A stretch of 62,871 bases of DNA, filler included, from Octopus bimaculoides (Eukaryota), in NCBI RefSeq assembly GCF_001194135.2. It is 6 parts of 6 records of this genome, joined end to end, with 100 filler letters (N's around TTAATTAATTAA, not from the genome) between each part and the next. Parts side by side here need not be neighbours in the genome. Positions count along the whole stretch, not along the records: positions 39,473 to 51,900 come from NW_026370972.1; 5 more parts are not named here. One strand, given 5' to 3'. The notes below the pieces were generated by a model. That model saw only the letters and a program-made list of their open reading frames with translations, made no database searches and had not been told where the DNA came from. Shown piece after piece: positions 39,473-51,438 of the stretch (position 1 is its first letter; every line of letters begins with the position of its first letter). The position numbers and the translations under genes were made by a program.

Positions 39473-39773
39473 GCCTCTTATTTTTTGGTTAAGGCTGTTG
39501 ATAAGTCTTCCTAAGTTACTCCAATCCAGATCCCCAATGCAAACCTTCAGATCAACCTTCTCCTATGCAGATCTCTAATGCAACTTTTAAAAAAAAACAG
39601 TCAATGAGTGGAAATAACCAGTAAACTGATTCCTTATGGGATTTCCCAATCAAATTGCCAGCAAACCATTTTCAGCCAAACCAATTTCAACGGATTTCGG
39701 TCAAATCTGATGTCCATGTTACTTATTTTGGTTTGAAATAAAACACTTGATCACTTAATAATCCTAGCTTAAT

Positions 39774-39801
39774 CCCGTGCAGCGCCGGGCTATACTGCTA
39801 G
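39774..39801 (+). mobile_element. Helitron 3' terminus
   Basis: GC hairpin CCCGTGCAGCGCCGGG, 8 nt, then CTAG (39798-39801) followed by T. The 5' end was not located. Confidence 0.65.
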
Positions 39802-40590
39802 TCATTTCTATTATAATATCACTTTCTGTGTAAGAAAATTATCGTGTTTGATAAGATACACGCTTTTAGCCACCACCTAATTCTCCACCCCAACAAAAAA
39901 TTTCTCATAAGAATCGGCTTAGATCTCATGCACTAAAAATGTTCCCTGCCCCACAAATATGCGCTACTGAAATTGGGCTGTTTGTAATGTGTTCGAGTGT
40001 TTTAGGCCATCAAAATTCGATGTCTTGTTTGAGGGGAGGCAACTCTTCACCGATTTGTAAAAGAATCAACTCTATTTTCTCTCCCTTGTTTGTGAAACTG
40101 AAAACTTGTCTGTGTATGTGTGTGTGTGTGTGAGAGAGAAAGAGTGTGTGTGGGTTGAAAAATTAATCTGAAACATGACCAAGATACGAACAGAAAATCC
40201 ACACACAAGACATGGACGTGTTCTCTCCTCATCAGTTATTGTCCCAAAAATCTTTACAATTTCACATGTGTAACGTCTTTCATTTTTGGTGGCATCAACA
40301 GTGAAAAAATGCTGGGAATAGCGAGCAAATGTTGTTGACAGTGATGCAAACAAACGCAACAGATAAAAGTGGATACACGAAGTAACAGTAAAGAAAATAA
40401 ATATACAATATACAAACAAAATAAGGTTGTGTGGCTCTAAAGGGACACAAATGTAGGAGTAACACAATGGAGAATGTCCAATAGGACTGGAAACAGAAAG
40501 GGGACAGGCAGAAAGATAGAACAAAAGGGGAAAAAGCAAATGGCAAAAAAGACAAACTGTGTTGAAAGTACAGAAGGAAGTGAGAGAAAC

Positions 40591-41058
40591 TCACCAAGCT
40601 ACACTCACCAAACTACACTCACCAAACTACACCCACCAAACTACACTCACCAAGCTACACTCACCAAACTACACTCACCAAACTGCACTCACCAAACTAC
40701 ACTCACCAAACTACACTCACCAAACTACACTCACCAAGCTACACTCACCAAACTACACTCACCAAACTACACTCACCAAACTACACTCACCAAACTACAT
40801 TCATCAAGCTACACTCACCAAACTACACTCACCAAACTACACTCACCAAACTACACTCACCAAACTATACTCACCAAACTACACTCACCAAGCTACACTC
40901 ACCAAACTACATTCATCAGGCTACACTCACCAAACTACACTCACCAAACTACACTCACCAAACTACACTCATCGAGTTACATTCATCAAGCTACACTCAT
41001 GAAACTACACTCACCAATTTACACTCACCAAGTTACACTCCCCAAACTACACTCACCA
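40591..41058. repeat. 14-bp minisatellite (CTACACTCACCAAA)n, about 33 units
   Basis: Direct inspection. Variant units such as CAAG and TCATCAAG recur. Confidence 0.95.
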
Positions 41059-41102
41059 TTCTCCCTAGCTCTCTCATTCTCTCTCTTCCTCTTGCTCTTT
41101 AG

Positions 41103-41228
41103 ATTCCTTCCGAATCTCTGAAACCAAGTGCAAGTGTGCCCTTCATCTTGGTCACACAGGGAAAGATGAGCACTTCTGTCAGGTAAAACGTATTACTTGC
41201 CTGAAAGGACAGGAATTAACCGATCGAG
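41103..41228 (+). CDS. TNF-receptor-superfamily-like protein, Cys-rich ectodomain exon 1 of 3 visible
   Basis: ctctttAG/GTaggt boundaries, phase 1 to 1. Reads xSFRISETKCKCALHLGHTGKDEHFCQVKRITCLKGQELTDR. Confidence 0.72.
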
Positions 41229-41614
41229 GTAGGTCACATGATTCATTAATTTACTTATTTAATTATTCATTCACAGATTAATAAGTGCTTCTCTTCTTCT
41301 TCTGAGGTATGGAAATAACTAACAGCAGCTGAATTTCCTTGGAAGTTGATCCCATCACCATTGTCATCATCATCACCACCACTGTCATCATCCTCATCAC
41401 TACTATCACCACCACTACCACCATCATCACTCACACCAGTACAATCATCACCACCACTTCTAGAACAGCCACTACCACCACCATCATCTTGACATCATGC
41501 AATAGTTGTAAACGAGTGTCACTGTCATACAAGCAGGGTCATTTCATTTCCAATCTCCCATGGAAGCATGTCTAGCCATGGAGGAGATAAAAGTTAACCT
41601 CGACCGGAAGGAGA

Positions 41615-41795
41615 AAGGGTGTTTGGCAACAAGGAAGAGCAACAAGGTAGGGCAACAAAGTAGGGGCCACAACGTAGGGCAAAAAGAAGGGCAATAAGTT
41701 AGGGCAAAAAGAAATGCAACCAGGTAGGGCAAAATGAAGAGCAACAAGTTAGGGCAAAAAGAAGGGCAACCAGGTAGGGTAACAAAGAAGGGCAA
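41615..41795. repeat. Degenerate AGGGCAA-based tandem repeat
   Basis: agggcaacaaagt and agggcaaaaagaa units repeated. Confidence 0.7.
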
Positions 41796-42324
41796 TCAAC
41801 TGTAAAACAAAATCTACCTCAACAAAGTTTCTACTTTTAGCCACTAACACATGGAGAGTTTTATAGCTAGTTTGGTTACTATTTGTGTAACATTACTTTT
41901 ATATGTTTTTTATTTGGAAATAGATAATAAATATATTTTACTTTTGAAGTAGGAATATATATTGATAAACATGTCACTTATGACCTATAAATGTTATCAT
42001 TATACATAAATTCTAACTCCAGCTACATAAACACCATAGCGAGAAATATATACTCTGACACGCTAACGGACATTTTATGCGTGCATGTATGTTGAAGATA
42101 AATAAATTCGTCTTCTTTTAACTGCTATAAAAAAAATACACAGTTTCATAATTGCAGAAATAAATTTCATTAACAAGTTGAAGAACGTGAAGAAAGAGAA
42201 AATAATTACTACATTATTTTATTTATGTACATTTAGCATTTATAGTCCAATTGGAAAGTAAAGTCATTGTGTCGTAGAGAATTATGACTTAAAATTCACA
42301 CTAACTAATCCTTCATACTAGCTA

Positions 42325-43358
42325 TTAGTGTTCACAACTTTGGTCTCACAATCAGTACCAAGAAGACCGAGGTGATGCACCAACCTGCTCCAAGAAAACC
42401 ATATGTAGAACCCAACATTTCCATCAATGGGCAAAGACTCAATGCGGTTGACAAATTCACCTACCTTGGCAGTACGCTTTCCCGCAATGTAGTCATTGAT
42501 GATGAGATCAACACCAGACTCGCCAAAGCAAGTGCTGCTTTCGGCAGACTCCACGAGAATGTATAGGACAGAAGAGGCATCACCTCCATGACAAATGGAT
42601 GTGAGTCATGGACTGTCTACCAACNNNNNNNNNNNNNNNNNNNNNNNNNNNNNNNNNNNNNNNNNNNNNNNNNNNNNNNNNNNNNNNNNNNNNNNNNNNN
42701 NNNNNNNNNNNNNNNNNNNNNNNNNNNNNNNNNNNNNNNNNNNNNNNNNNNNNNNNNNNNNNNNNNNNNNNNNNNNNNNNNNNNNNNNNNNNNNNNNNNN
42801 NNNNNNNNNNNNNNNNNNNNNNNNNNNNNNNNNNNNNNNNNNNNNNNNNNNNNNNNNNNNNNNNNNNNNNNNNNNNNNNNNNNNNNNNNNNNNNNNNNNN
42901 NNNNNNNNNNNNNNNNNNNNNNNNNNNNNNNNNNNNNNNNNNNNNNNNNNNNNNNNNNNNNNNNNNNNNNNNNNNNNNNNNNNNNNNNNNNNNNNNNNNN
43001 NNNNNNNNNNNNNNNNNNNNNNNNNNNNNNNNNNNNNNNNNNNNNNNNNNNNNNNNNNNNNNNNNNNNNNNNNNNNNNNNNNNNNNNNNNNNNNNNNNNN
43101 NNNNNNNNNNNNNNNNNNNNNNNNNNNNNNNNNNNNNNNNNNNNNNNNNGGAAAGCTGCTGCAGAGAGGCGCAGGCAGAACAGAAAGAACAATGCTTTGA
43201 AGCCCCCGGCACCTGCTACCATTCCCTGTCCCTACTGCAACAGATCTTTCCAAACGCAGATAGGGCTTATCAGCCATCTCCACACTCATCAATGATGACC
43301 TCCCCACCCATCTCTAGGATGATCAGATGGTCCTCGTTGTTCCGACGGACGAACAACA
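42325..43358 (+). mobile_element. 5'-truncated RTE-clade LINE (middle part in a gap)
   Basis: FGLTISTKKTEVMHQP...VDKFTYLGSTLS...RLAKASAAFGRL and a terminal C2H2-like CPYCNRSFQTQIGLISHLHTH*, then a short UTR. Confidence 0.88.
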
Positions 43359-43927
43359 TAGAGTTCACAACAATTCAAATAAGTCTTGTTGGATTTTTAT
43401 CATAGACATGGCATAAAAAATCGCCAATATCTCAATGAATGAGTGTCGTGGAGTTTAGTAACAATCCTACGAACACTGAGTAATTTCCCCCAAAATCAGG
43501 GGTTTTATAACTGCTCATATCCGAATTCTAAGAACCGTATTTCGTGAAAGATTTCTTTGATGAAAGTTTAGAATTTGTATATGAGCAGTAATTCTAACCA
43601 ATGGGATTACCAACAATTATGCTTGTTTGGGCAAATGACCATTACGTAATATTGCCGCGTTTTATGACTTGCTGCAAAAGAAAAAGGGAAATGGATGTTA
43701 AAATGATGATGGTAATGATGGTGGTGGTGGTGGTGGTGGTGGTGGTGAAGAGGAGAAGGAGGGAGATGATAATGATGAGGAAGATGATGATGACCATAAT
43801 GATGGTGATGGCAATGACGATGATGGTGATCATGGTAATGATATCAAAGATATGATGATGACAATGATGATGATGATGATATCTAAATAGATGATAAATT
43901 TTCTTTCTTCTGTTTCCCTGTCTCCAG

Positions 43928-44000
43928 GTAAATGCGAGGATTGTGAAAACAACCACTACAAATACTGGGCAGGACCAGGTTACTGCATCAGAGACATCAA
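43928..44000 (+). CDS. TNFR-like exon 2 of 3
   Basis: tctccAG/GTaagc boundaries, phase 1 to 2. Reads GKCEDCENNHYKYWAGPGYCIRDI. Confidence 0.78.
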
Positions 44001-44029
44001 GTAAGCCAGATCCATTTCTTTCATTTTAT

Positions 44030-44200
44030 TCTTTTACATGTTTCAATCATGTTGTGACTGTGGCCATGCTGGGGCACGACCTTAAAGGGTTTTTACTCAA
44101 AGAAATCATTGCCAGCACTTATTCTTTGTAAGCCTAGTACTTATCCTGTCAGTCTCTTTTGCTGAACTGCTAAGTTACGGAGACATAAATGCACCAACAT
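44030..44200 (-). mobile_element. SINE family B 3' portion
   Basis: Reverse complement of 2868-3040. Confidence 0.65.
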
Positions 44201-45267
44201 NNNNNNNNNNNNNNNNNNNNNNNNNNNNNNNNNNNNNNNNNNNNNNNNNNNNNNNNNNNNNNNNNNNNNNNNNNNNNNNNNNNNNNNNNNNNNNNNNNNN
44301 NNNNNNNNNNNNNNNNNNNNNNNNNNNNNNNNNNNNNNNNNNNNNNNNNNNNNNNNNNNNNNNNNNNNNNNNNNNNNNNNNNNNNNNNNNNNNNNNNNNN
44401 NNNNNNNNNNNNNNNNNNNNNNNNNNNNNNNNNNNNNNNNNNNNNNNNNNNNNNNNNNNNNNNNNNNNNNNNNNNNNNNNNNNNNNNNNNNNNNNNNNNN
44501 NNNNNNNNNNNNNNNNNNNNNNNNNNNNNNNNNNNNNNNNNNNNNNNNNNNNNNNNNNNNNNNNNNNNNNNNNNNNNNNNNNNNNNNNNNNNNNNNNNNN
44601 NNNNNNNNNNNNNNNNNNNNNNNNNNNNNNNNNNNNNNNNNNNNNNNNNNNNNNNNNNNNNNNNNNNNNNNNNNNNNNNNNNNNNNNNNNNNNNNNNNNN
44701 NNNNNNNNNNNNNNNNNNNNNNNNNNNNNNNNNNNNNNNNNNNNNNNNNNNNNNNNNNNNNNNNNNNNNNNNNNNNNNNNNNNNNNNNNNNNNNNNNNNN
44801 NNNNNNNNNNNNNNNNNNNNNNNNNNNNNNNNNNNNNNNNNNNNNNNNNNNNNNNNNNNNNNNNNNNNNNNNNNNNNNNNNNNNNNNNNNNNNNNNNNNN
44901 NNNNNNNNNNNNNNNNNNNNNNNNNNNNNNNNNNNNNNNNNNNNNNNNNNNNNNNNNNNNNNNNNNNNNNNNNNNNNNNNNNNNNNNNNNNNNNNNNNNN
45001 NNNNNNNNNNNNNNNNNNNNNNNNNNNNNNNNNNNNNNNNNNNNNNNNNNNNNNNNNNNNNNNNNNNNNNNNNNNNNNNNNNNNNNNNNNNNNNNNNNNN
45101 NNNNNNNNNNNNNNNNNNNNNNNNNNNNNNNNNNNNNNNNNNNNNNNNNNNNNNNNNNNNNNNNNNNNNNNNNNNNNNNNNNNNNNNNNNNNNNNNNNNG
45201 CTTCAAAACTGGAATAATAAATTATGCTATTTTAATTTTTTCCATAATTCCTTCCAGTATACCATTG

Positions 45268-46203
45268 TTGACCTTTTAGTATTCAAACAGACCAGATCTG
45301 ACCTCTCACACCTCTCCTACAATGTCATTCTTAAAATAAACTATTTCATCATTGAAATCTCAAAGTCTCATGATAATACATGATTAATTCAAAACAAAGT
45401 GAATAAATATAACATTTGAGAGAGTAATTTGAATGCTAAAGGGTTAAACCAGCCTCATCCAACCCAAATATTCCACCTGTATTATGTTCAAACTGGCTAG
45501 ATCTGGCCTCTCACACCTACCCTACAATGTCATTCTAAAAATGCACATTCACATCTTCGAAATCTTGGAGTAACAAGACAATGTGAGATTAATTTGAAAT
45601 GATGTGAATAAATAATAAATACTACATTTGACAGAGTTATCTGAATGCTAGAGGGTTGTAGCATACTTCTCTCTCTCTCTCTCTCTCTCTCTGTTATATA
45701 TACAAAAATACAGACGTAGTGGATAAACAGCTAGTCTTCAGCCGCACCTTTGGACCCTGTTGTGTCAACCACTCTGATTGGTTGGTATTGGCACAATTTC
45801 TCTCTTGCTCTATTGTGTGCCAAGATGCAACCTAACCAATGGCAGCCTTCAGATAAGGTCACATGAGACAGTATTTTCTAAACTTCTGGCACTCATCCCC
45901 TTTTCATGTTTTTATTTGGATTGACCATCCAATGTACTAAAGGAGCCATTCCTCGTCACCTGCTCCTGCTGAACGGTCGTTACAGGGTTAACCCAGCCAT
46001 ATCTGGCCCAAATACTTTATCTGTTTTTTATGTTCAAACTGGCTAGATCTGGCCTTTCACACCTACCCTACAATGTCATTCTAAAAATACACAATCACAT
46101 CATCGAAATCTCAAAGCTAAGAGTTAAGGCATGATTAACTGAAAACTGTGTGACTAAATAGGCATTGCATTTGATAGAGAAATCTGAATGTCAAAGGGTT
46201 TAA
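45268..46203. mobile_element. Three copies of an approx. 200-bp MITE-like element (45268-45447, 45444-45657, 45988-46203) with TTAACCC...GGGTTAA-type ends
   Basis: Shared core agatctggcctctcacacctaccctacaatgtcattcta and ends gaatgctaaagggttaa. The TTAA-CCC ends suggest piggyBac type. Confidence 0.6.
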
Positions 46204-46257
46204 CATTGGTATAAATCCATGGTCCCGATTTCTAATTTGTCCTTCTTCCTTTTTCAG

Positions 46258-46340
46258 TTGTTCCATGATAGGTTTACCCAAAAACGCCGGAAATCTTACA
46301 ACCCCTACCACATGTCAGGACTTTGAAGAAAAATGTTCTC
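46258..46340 (+). CDS. TNFR-like exon 3 of 3
   Basis: ttttcAG/GTaagt boundaries, phase 2 to 1. Reads NCSMIGLPKNAGNLTTPTTCQDFEEKCS. Confidence 0.78.
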
Positions 46341-46419
46341 GTAAGTATTCTTCAACTGCTTCAGAAATATTTATTCATAATGATCCCACCACCACCACCA
46401 CCACCACTCACCATTTACC

Positions 46420-46610
46420 ATTTACTTGTTTCAGTCAAAAGACTTTGGCCATACTGGAGCACCCCCTTGAAGAAATTTTAGTCGAATGAATCGACCACAG
46501 AACTTGGCTTTTCTTTAAGCCTGGTGCTTATTCTATTGGTGTCTTTTGCCAAACTGCAAAGTTATGGGAACGTAAACACTCCAACATCATTTGTCAAACA
46601 GTGGTGGGGA
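46420..46610 (-). mobile_element. SINE family B 3' portion
   Basis: Homologous to 44030-44200. Confidence 0.65.
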
Positions 46611-46871
46611 ACAAACACACAAACACACAGACGCACATCATCATCATTATCGTCGTCGTTGTTTAACATCCACTTTCCATGCTGGCATTGGTTGGACAGT
46701 TTGACTGAGAACTGATGTGCCAGGAGGCTGCACCAGGGCCCAATCTGATTCGGCATGGTTTCCACAGCTGCATGCCCTTCATAACATCACCCACTCCAAG
46801 ATTGTGGAGGGTGTTTTTTATGTGCCACCAGCATGGGTGGCACTGGCTTCATTCACGCTCGAAAGGTGCAT

Positions 46872-46914
<43 letters not shown>

Positions 46915-46936
46915 NNNNNNNNNNTGGGTCACCAAT

Positions 46937-48316
46937 TGTAACGGTTTTGTATTTGTGTTGTGTAGTCGATGTGTCACCCATTGTATCGATAAGTATTATT
47001 TACCAATTGTACTGGTTATAAGATGAACGATGAAGATGATCAACATTTTTATAAGAAAAATTTATTTACCGTTACTTTATATGTTGCCATACCACGACGG
47101 GTAGGCCAGTGTAATAGCATAACAGTTTGTACGTAAAGCATACAAGGTTAAGAATTTCGGCCTGTATTTGTATGTACACTTTTTCATAGTAGTAATTATA
47201 TATAGAGAGAGATGGTAGGGTTATAGAGAAAAGGATGCGAGCTCGTATTAGTTATAAATGTGTGCACCGTTGTCTCACAGTGGCTGACAGTAAACTTCTT
47301 TCTCCCTCTGGCCAAGGTTGTAGCTGGTCAGCCAGGCTTCGTTCTCCATGAGTCGTCAAGTGACAACTGGTGACTAAAAAGAGGAAGTTTGCTTGGAGGT
47401 CTCCTGTTTTTATAGCTATGGAGAAGGGTAGTGAGTGCAAAGGATTTAGCTGGCGGTGTTGTTTATCTCTATTCTAGATGGAGTAGAAGAGGTCAGAAAG
47501 AGTCAAGTGGTGGAGACACTGCTTCGGCCTAGCTAAAGGCGTCTGGGACATATCTAACTGCTGTCAGATCAAAGCCGTTGTTTCACCGCGGGAAAAGTTC
47601 TGATGCAGTGTTAACTCAAATTTGTGGCATAGTGGATCGAATCCACTTCACACCTGCCAGATTCCTATATCACCCTCCTCGCCAGTAAGGCTCCTGGGAG
47701 GGAAGCGAACGAACAAAGGAGACAAAGAAATGCATGATAAATGCCCTGGAATGGTCGAGGAGAAATTTTGCCAGCCGGTGCATGAGGTACTATAAGCCTC
47801 GATCGTGCAGGAATAAAAGTGTGGCATGCTGGCGCGTTGTAAGAGACAAACAACTTTCTCTATGTATGCATGACCAGCCTCGGGTCTTACAGAGATGAGT
47901 TGTGTCTACAAGGGCGCATTGAGCATGTGAAAACAGGCGAGAAAGGTATGTGTGGTGCATGAATGTGACAGAGTTAGCATCTGTGTATTTATGTACCATG
48001 TGTGCAGATGTGTGTGCCAGGCCAGGCACTGAGGAAAAGGTGCATGCGGGTGTGTATGCAACAATACATTTTCAAAGTGAATGAGAAAAAAAAAAAAGTA
48101 CATGCAAAATATGAATCAAATTGAGAAGGCATGCAGACAAAAAAATTCAGGTTATGAATAAATGTTCAGGTGATGCATAAATGTTCTGTTCATGATTAAA
48201 ATGTTCAGTTCATGAATAAAATGTTCAGTTCATTTGAGTCTGATTGAATGTAAGCAGATTAATTTTAATTTAATATGAGAAACAGAAAATTGAATTAATG
48301 CGATATAAGTGTTACA
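46937..48316 (-). repeat. 3' LTR (outer boundary 48316 by the TGTAAC...GTTACA inverted termini; could extend to about 48410)
   Basis: - strand TATAAAA at 47414-47408 and AATAAA at 47066-47061. No clear polypurine tract, so the boundary is uncertain. Confidence 0.6.
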
Positions 48317-48407
48317 GGTATGGTCCTTGTGAAGTTCAGTTGAAAGAAAAAATATAAATAAATTTTGTAGCTGTTCATGTGGAAATTAAAGCATTGGTGC
48401 CTGTAAA

Positions 48408-49214
48408 TCACTCACCTGGAATCTTTTTGAAATAGCAAACTTGTATGTATTTCGCTGGCCAGCGGACTCTTCGCTCGCTTCTTGTTCGAGGGTGCTGTGA
48501 AGACATTGAAGTACTTGCAGGAGGTATTGCCGAAACTGTGTCGGTTTGGTGCGGAGTTGACGATGCGGAGAATTCGGTTTCGATGATAGCTTTCGTAAGT
48601 CGATCAATACTAATGGTATTTGGCTTGCCATTTCTGTCAACGAAGAAGTATTTTTCCTTTCTCTGTAGTACTCTGTAGGGTCCAGAATACGGTGGATGGA
48701 TTTGCGATGGTATTCCATCGTTCCGAATAAAAACGTGCGTCCATTGGTTAATGTCCGAGGGAACATAAGTGTCAGTTTTCTGCGAACGGGGTGCGTTAGG
48801 TGAGAGATGGGACATATGTGCGCATAGACGATGTACATAAAATGTGGGATCAGGAATATCCCTTGGAGGAACTGGAGCAATCATTTGCCCAGGCAGGGCC
48901 AGAGTGGTGCCGTAAACTAACTCAGCCGGAGAGTGACCGATGTCGTCCTTAACAGATATACGGATACCGAGCAGAATAAGAGGAAGGAATTCCATCCAGT
49001 TGGTTATATCTGGACATGCATGTATGGCTGCTTTTAATTGCCTGTAGAATCTCTCTATCATGCCGTTTGCCGCTGGGTGATACGCTGTTGTGCGGCAGTG
49101 TTTGGAACCGATGAGGCACGTGAGTTCACTGAAAAGGCGCGAATTGAATTGCCGTCCTCTGTCTGTCGTGATGGTCGCAGGGACATCAAAGCGCGATACC
49201 CAGTGTGATATCAG
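48408..49214 (-). pseudogene. Gypsy integrase, core and C-terminus
   Basis: [10 protein letters not shown]...[15 protein letters not shown]...ELVYG...[10 protein letters not shown]...RVRWP. Confidence 0.92.
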
Positions 49215-49870
49215 NNNNNNNNNNNNNNNNNNNNNNNNNNNNNNNNNNNNNNNNNNNNNNNNNNNNNNNNNNNNNNNNNNNNNNNNNNNNNNNNNNNNNN
49301 NNNNNNNNNNNNNNNNNNNNNNNNNNNNNNNNNNNNNNNNNNNNNNNNNNNNNNNNNNNNNNNNNNNNNNNNNNNNNNNNNNNNNNNNNNNNNNNNNNNN
49401 NNNNNNNNNNNNNNNNNNNNNNNNNNNNNNNNNNNNNNNNNNNNNNNNNNNNNNNNNNNNNNNNNNNNNNNNNNNNNNNNNNNNNNNNNNNNNNNNNNNN
49501 NNNNNNNNNNNNNNNNNNNNNNNNNNNNNNNNNNNNNNNNNNNNNNNNNNNNNNNNNNNNNNNNNNNNNNNNNNNNNNNNNNNNNNNNNNNNNNNNNNNN
49601 NNNNNNNNNNNNNNNNNNNNNNNNNNNNNNNNNNNNNNNNNNNNNNNNNNNNNNNNNNNNNNNNNNNNNNNNNNNNNNNNNNNNNNNNNNNNNNNNNNNN
49701 NNNNNNNNNNNNNNNNNNNNNNNNNNNNNNNNNNNNNNNNNNNNNNNNNNNNNNNNNNNNNNNNNNNNNNNNNNNNNNNNNNNNNNNNNNNNNNNNNNNN
49801 NNNNNNNNNNNNNNNNNNNNNNNNNNNNNNNNNNNNNNNNNNNNNNNNNNNNNNNNNNNNNNNNNNNNNN

Positions 49871-50874
49871 GTACTATATTTCATCTCCGCAGGTTGAAGT
49901 CACTTGGAGAAAAATGATAATGGTTGCCAAACGCCATTAATAAACTGCTGAAGGACACCTCCGACTCCGGACATGGACGCGTCAACTAGTAAACTGAGTG
50001 GGGCACCTGGTTTGGGGTAGACTAGCATCATGGCCTTAGCTAGCATATCTTTTAGTTTATTAAAAGAGGCCAGTTCTTCGTCGCTTAACGTTATGGCCTG
50101 TCTCTTCTTTGTTTTTTTGCACAGTACATCGGTAAGTGGTTGAGCCACCTCGGTGCAGTGTGGTAGGAAACGCCGGTAGAAGTTAATCAGACCTAAATAT
50201 TCGCGTAGTTTCCGAAGTGACGTAGGAATGGGGAAATCGACTATCGCCTCCACCTTTTTGGGTAGGGGCCGGATTCCGTCCTTGTCAATGATATGGCCGA
50301 GGAAAGGTAGAAACGGGACACCAAAAATACACTTACTTGTGTTAATTACGATGCCGTAGTCATTTAACCGCTGGAATACTTGCTCTAAATGCTTTTCATG
50401 TTCGGCTTCGGATTTACTTGCTACCAATATATCGTCGATGTATGCATACACGAAAGTTAAGTCCCTAGTTACGGTATCCATAAAGCACTGGAATGTCTGT
50501 GCTGCGTTACGGAGACCGAAAGGCATCCGCAAAAACTCGAATAGTCCGAAAGGCATGGAAATTGCCGTTTTAGGAACATCGGCGAGTTTGACGGGTATCT
50601 GATTATAGGCCCTTACTAGGTCGATTTTAGAAAAAATCTGTGCTTCGTTCAGCGAAGCAGAAAAATTCTGCAAGTATGGAATTGGATAAGTATCAGCCAC
50701 TGTAGCTTTGTTGAGGGCTCTGAAGTCTCCGCATGGACGCCAGCCGTTCGTCTCTTTCTTAGGCACCAAGTGTAGCAGACTGGACCAACTGCTGCTGGAT
50801 GGTCGAATTATCCCCAGATCTAACATATGTTGAAATTCTTGTTTAGCGACCCGCAGGCGGTCTGGAGGCAGTCT
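49871..50874 (-). pseudogene. Gypsy reverse transcriptase/RNase H, with an in-frame TGA at 49902-49900
   Basis: WRPCGDFRALN...FSKIDLVRAYNQIP...MPFGLRNA...YIDDIL...VDAS. Confidence 0.95.
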
Positions 50875-51438
50875 TCACGGTCGCGAGGCAACAGGTGGTC
50901 CGGTGGTTTCAATATGGTGCGTAATCCCGTGCTTGATGTCCTTGTGTTTGAACAGTGGTCGGGTGATGTCCGAATATTTACGGAGGAGCGCTTCGAATTG
51001 GGTGGTCTCTTTCCGTAACATGACTGGACCTACTGTGGACACACGTGCGGTTATACCACGTACAGTGAGGTCGGTCATTGTATCAACGAATCTACGTTTC
51101 TTGACGTCGACCAGGAGGCCGAAGTGGTGTAAAAAATCAGCACCTATGACAGGAGTGGGTAATTTTGCTACAACGAAAATCCACTGGAAAGCACGACGAA
51201 GGCCTAAATTTAATGTGAGGGATTGCTCGCCAAAAGTCTGAATAGGTGATTGATTCACAGCCTGAAGAAAGGCTGGCGTTTGTTTCCTATGTCCCGATGT
51301 TAGTGAGACGGGGATGATGCTAACTTCAGCTCCAGTGTCCACGAGAAAACTGGTACCTGTAGTATGGTCCATAACGAAGTAAAGGCGACTTTGTTTACCT
51401 GCGCCAGGAGCGACCGTCGCCCCTACAACCTGGCTTGC
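50875..51438 (-). pseudogene. Gypsy aspartic protease region, ending at an in-frame TGA at 50877-50875
   Basis: FLVDTGAEVSIIP...ILGADFL-like VIGADFL. Confidence 0.9.

Noticed and set aside
40474-41121. Repetitive ORFs (LHSPNYTHQTTLTK) or a CRISPR-like array
   Set aside because: Tandem 14-bp minisatellite without spacers, in a eukaryotic intron.
41183-41306. Alternative donor at 41183 and a 30-nt micro-exon at 41277-41306 for the TNFR-like gene
   Set aside because: Both end in phase 0 and cannot join the phase-1 exon at 43928. The donor at 41229 restores the phase and the C..G.EL...G pattern.
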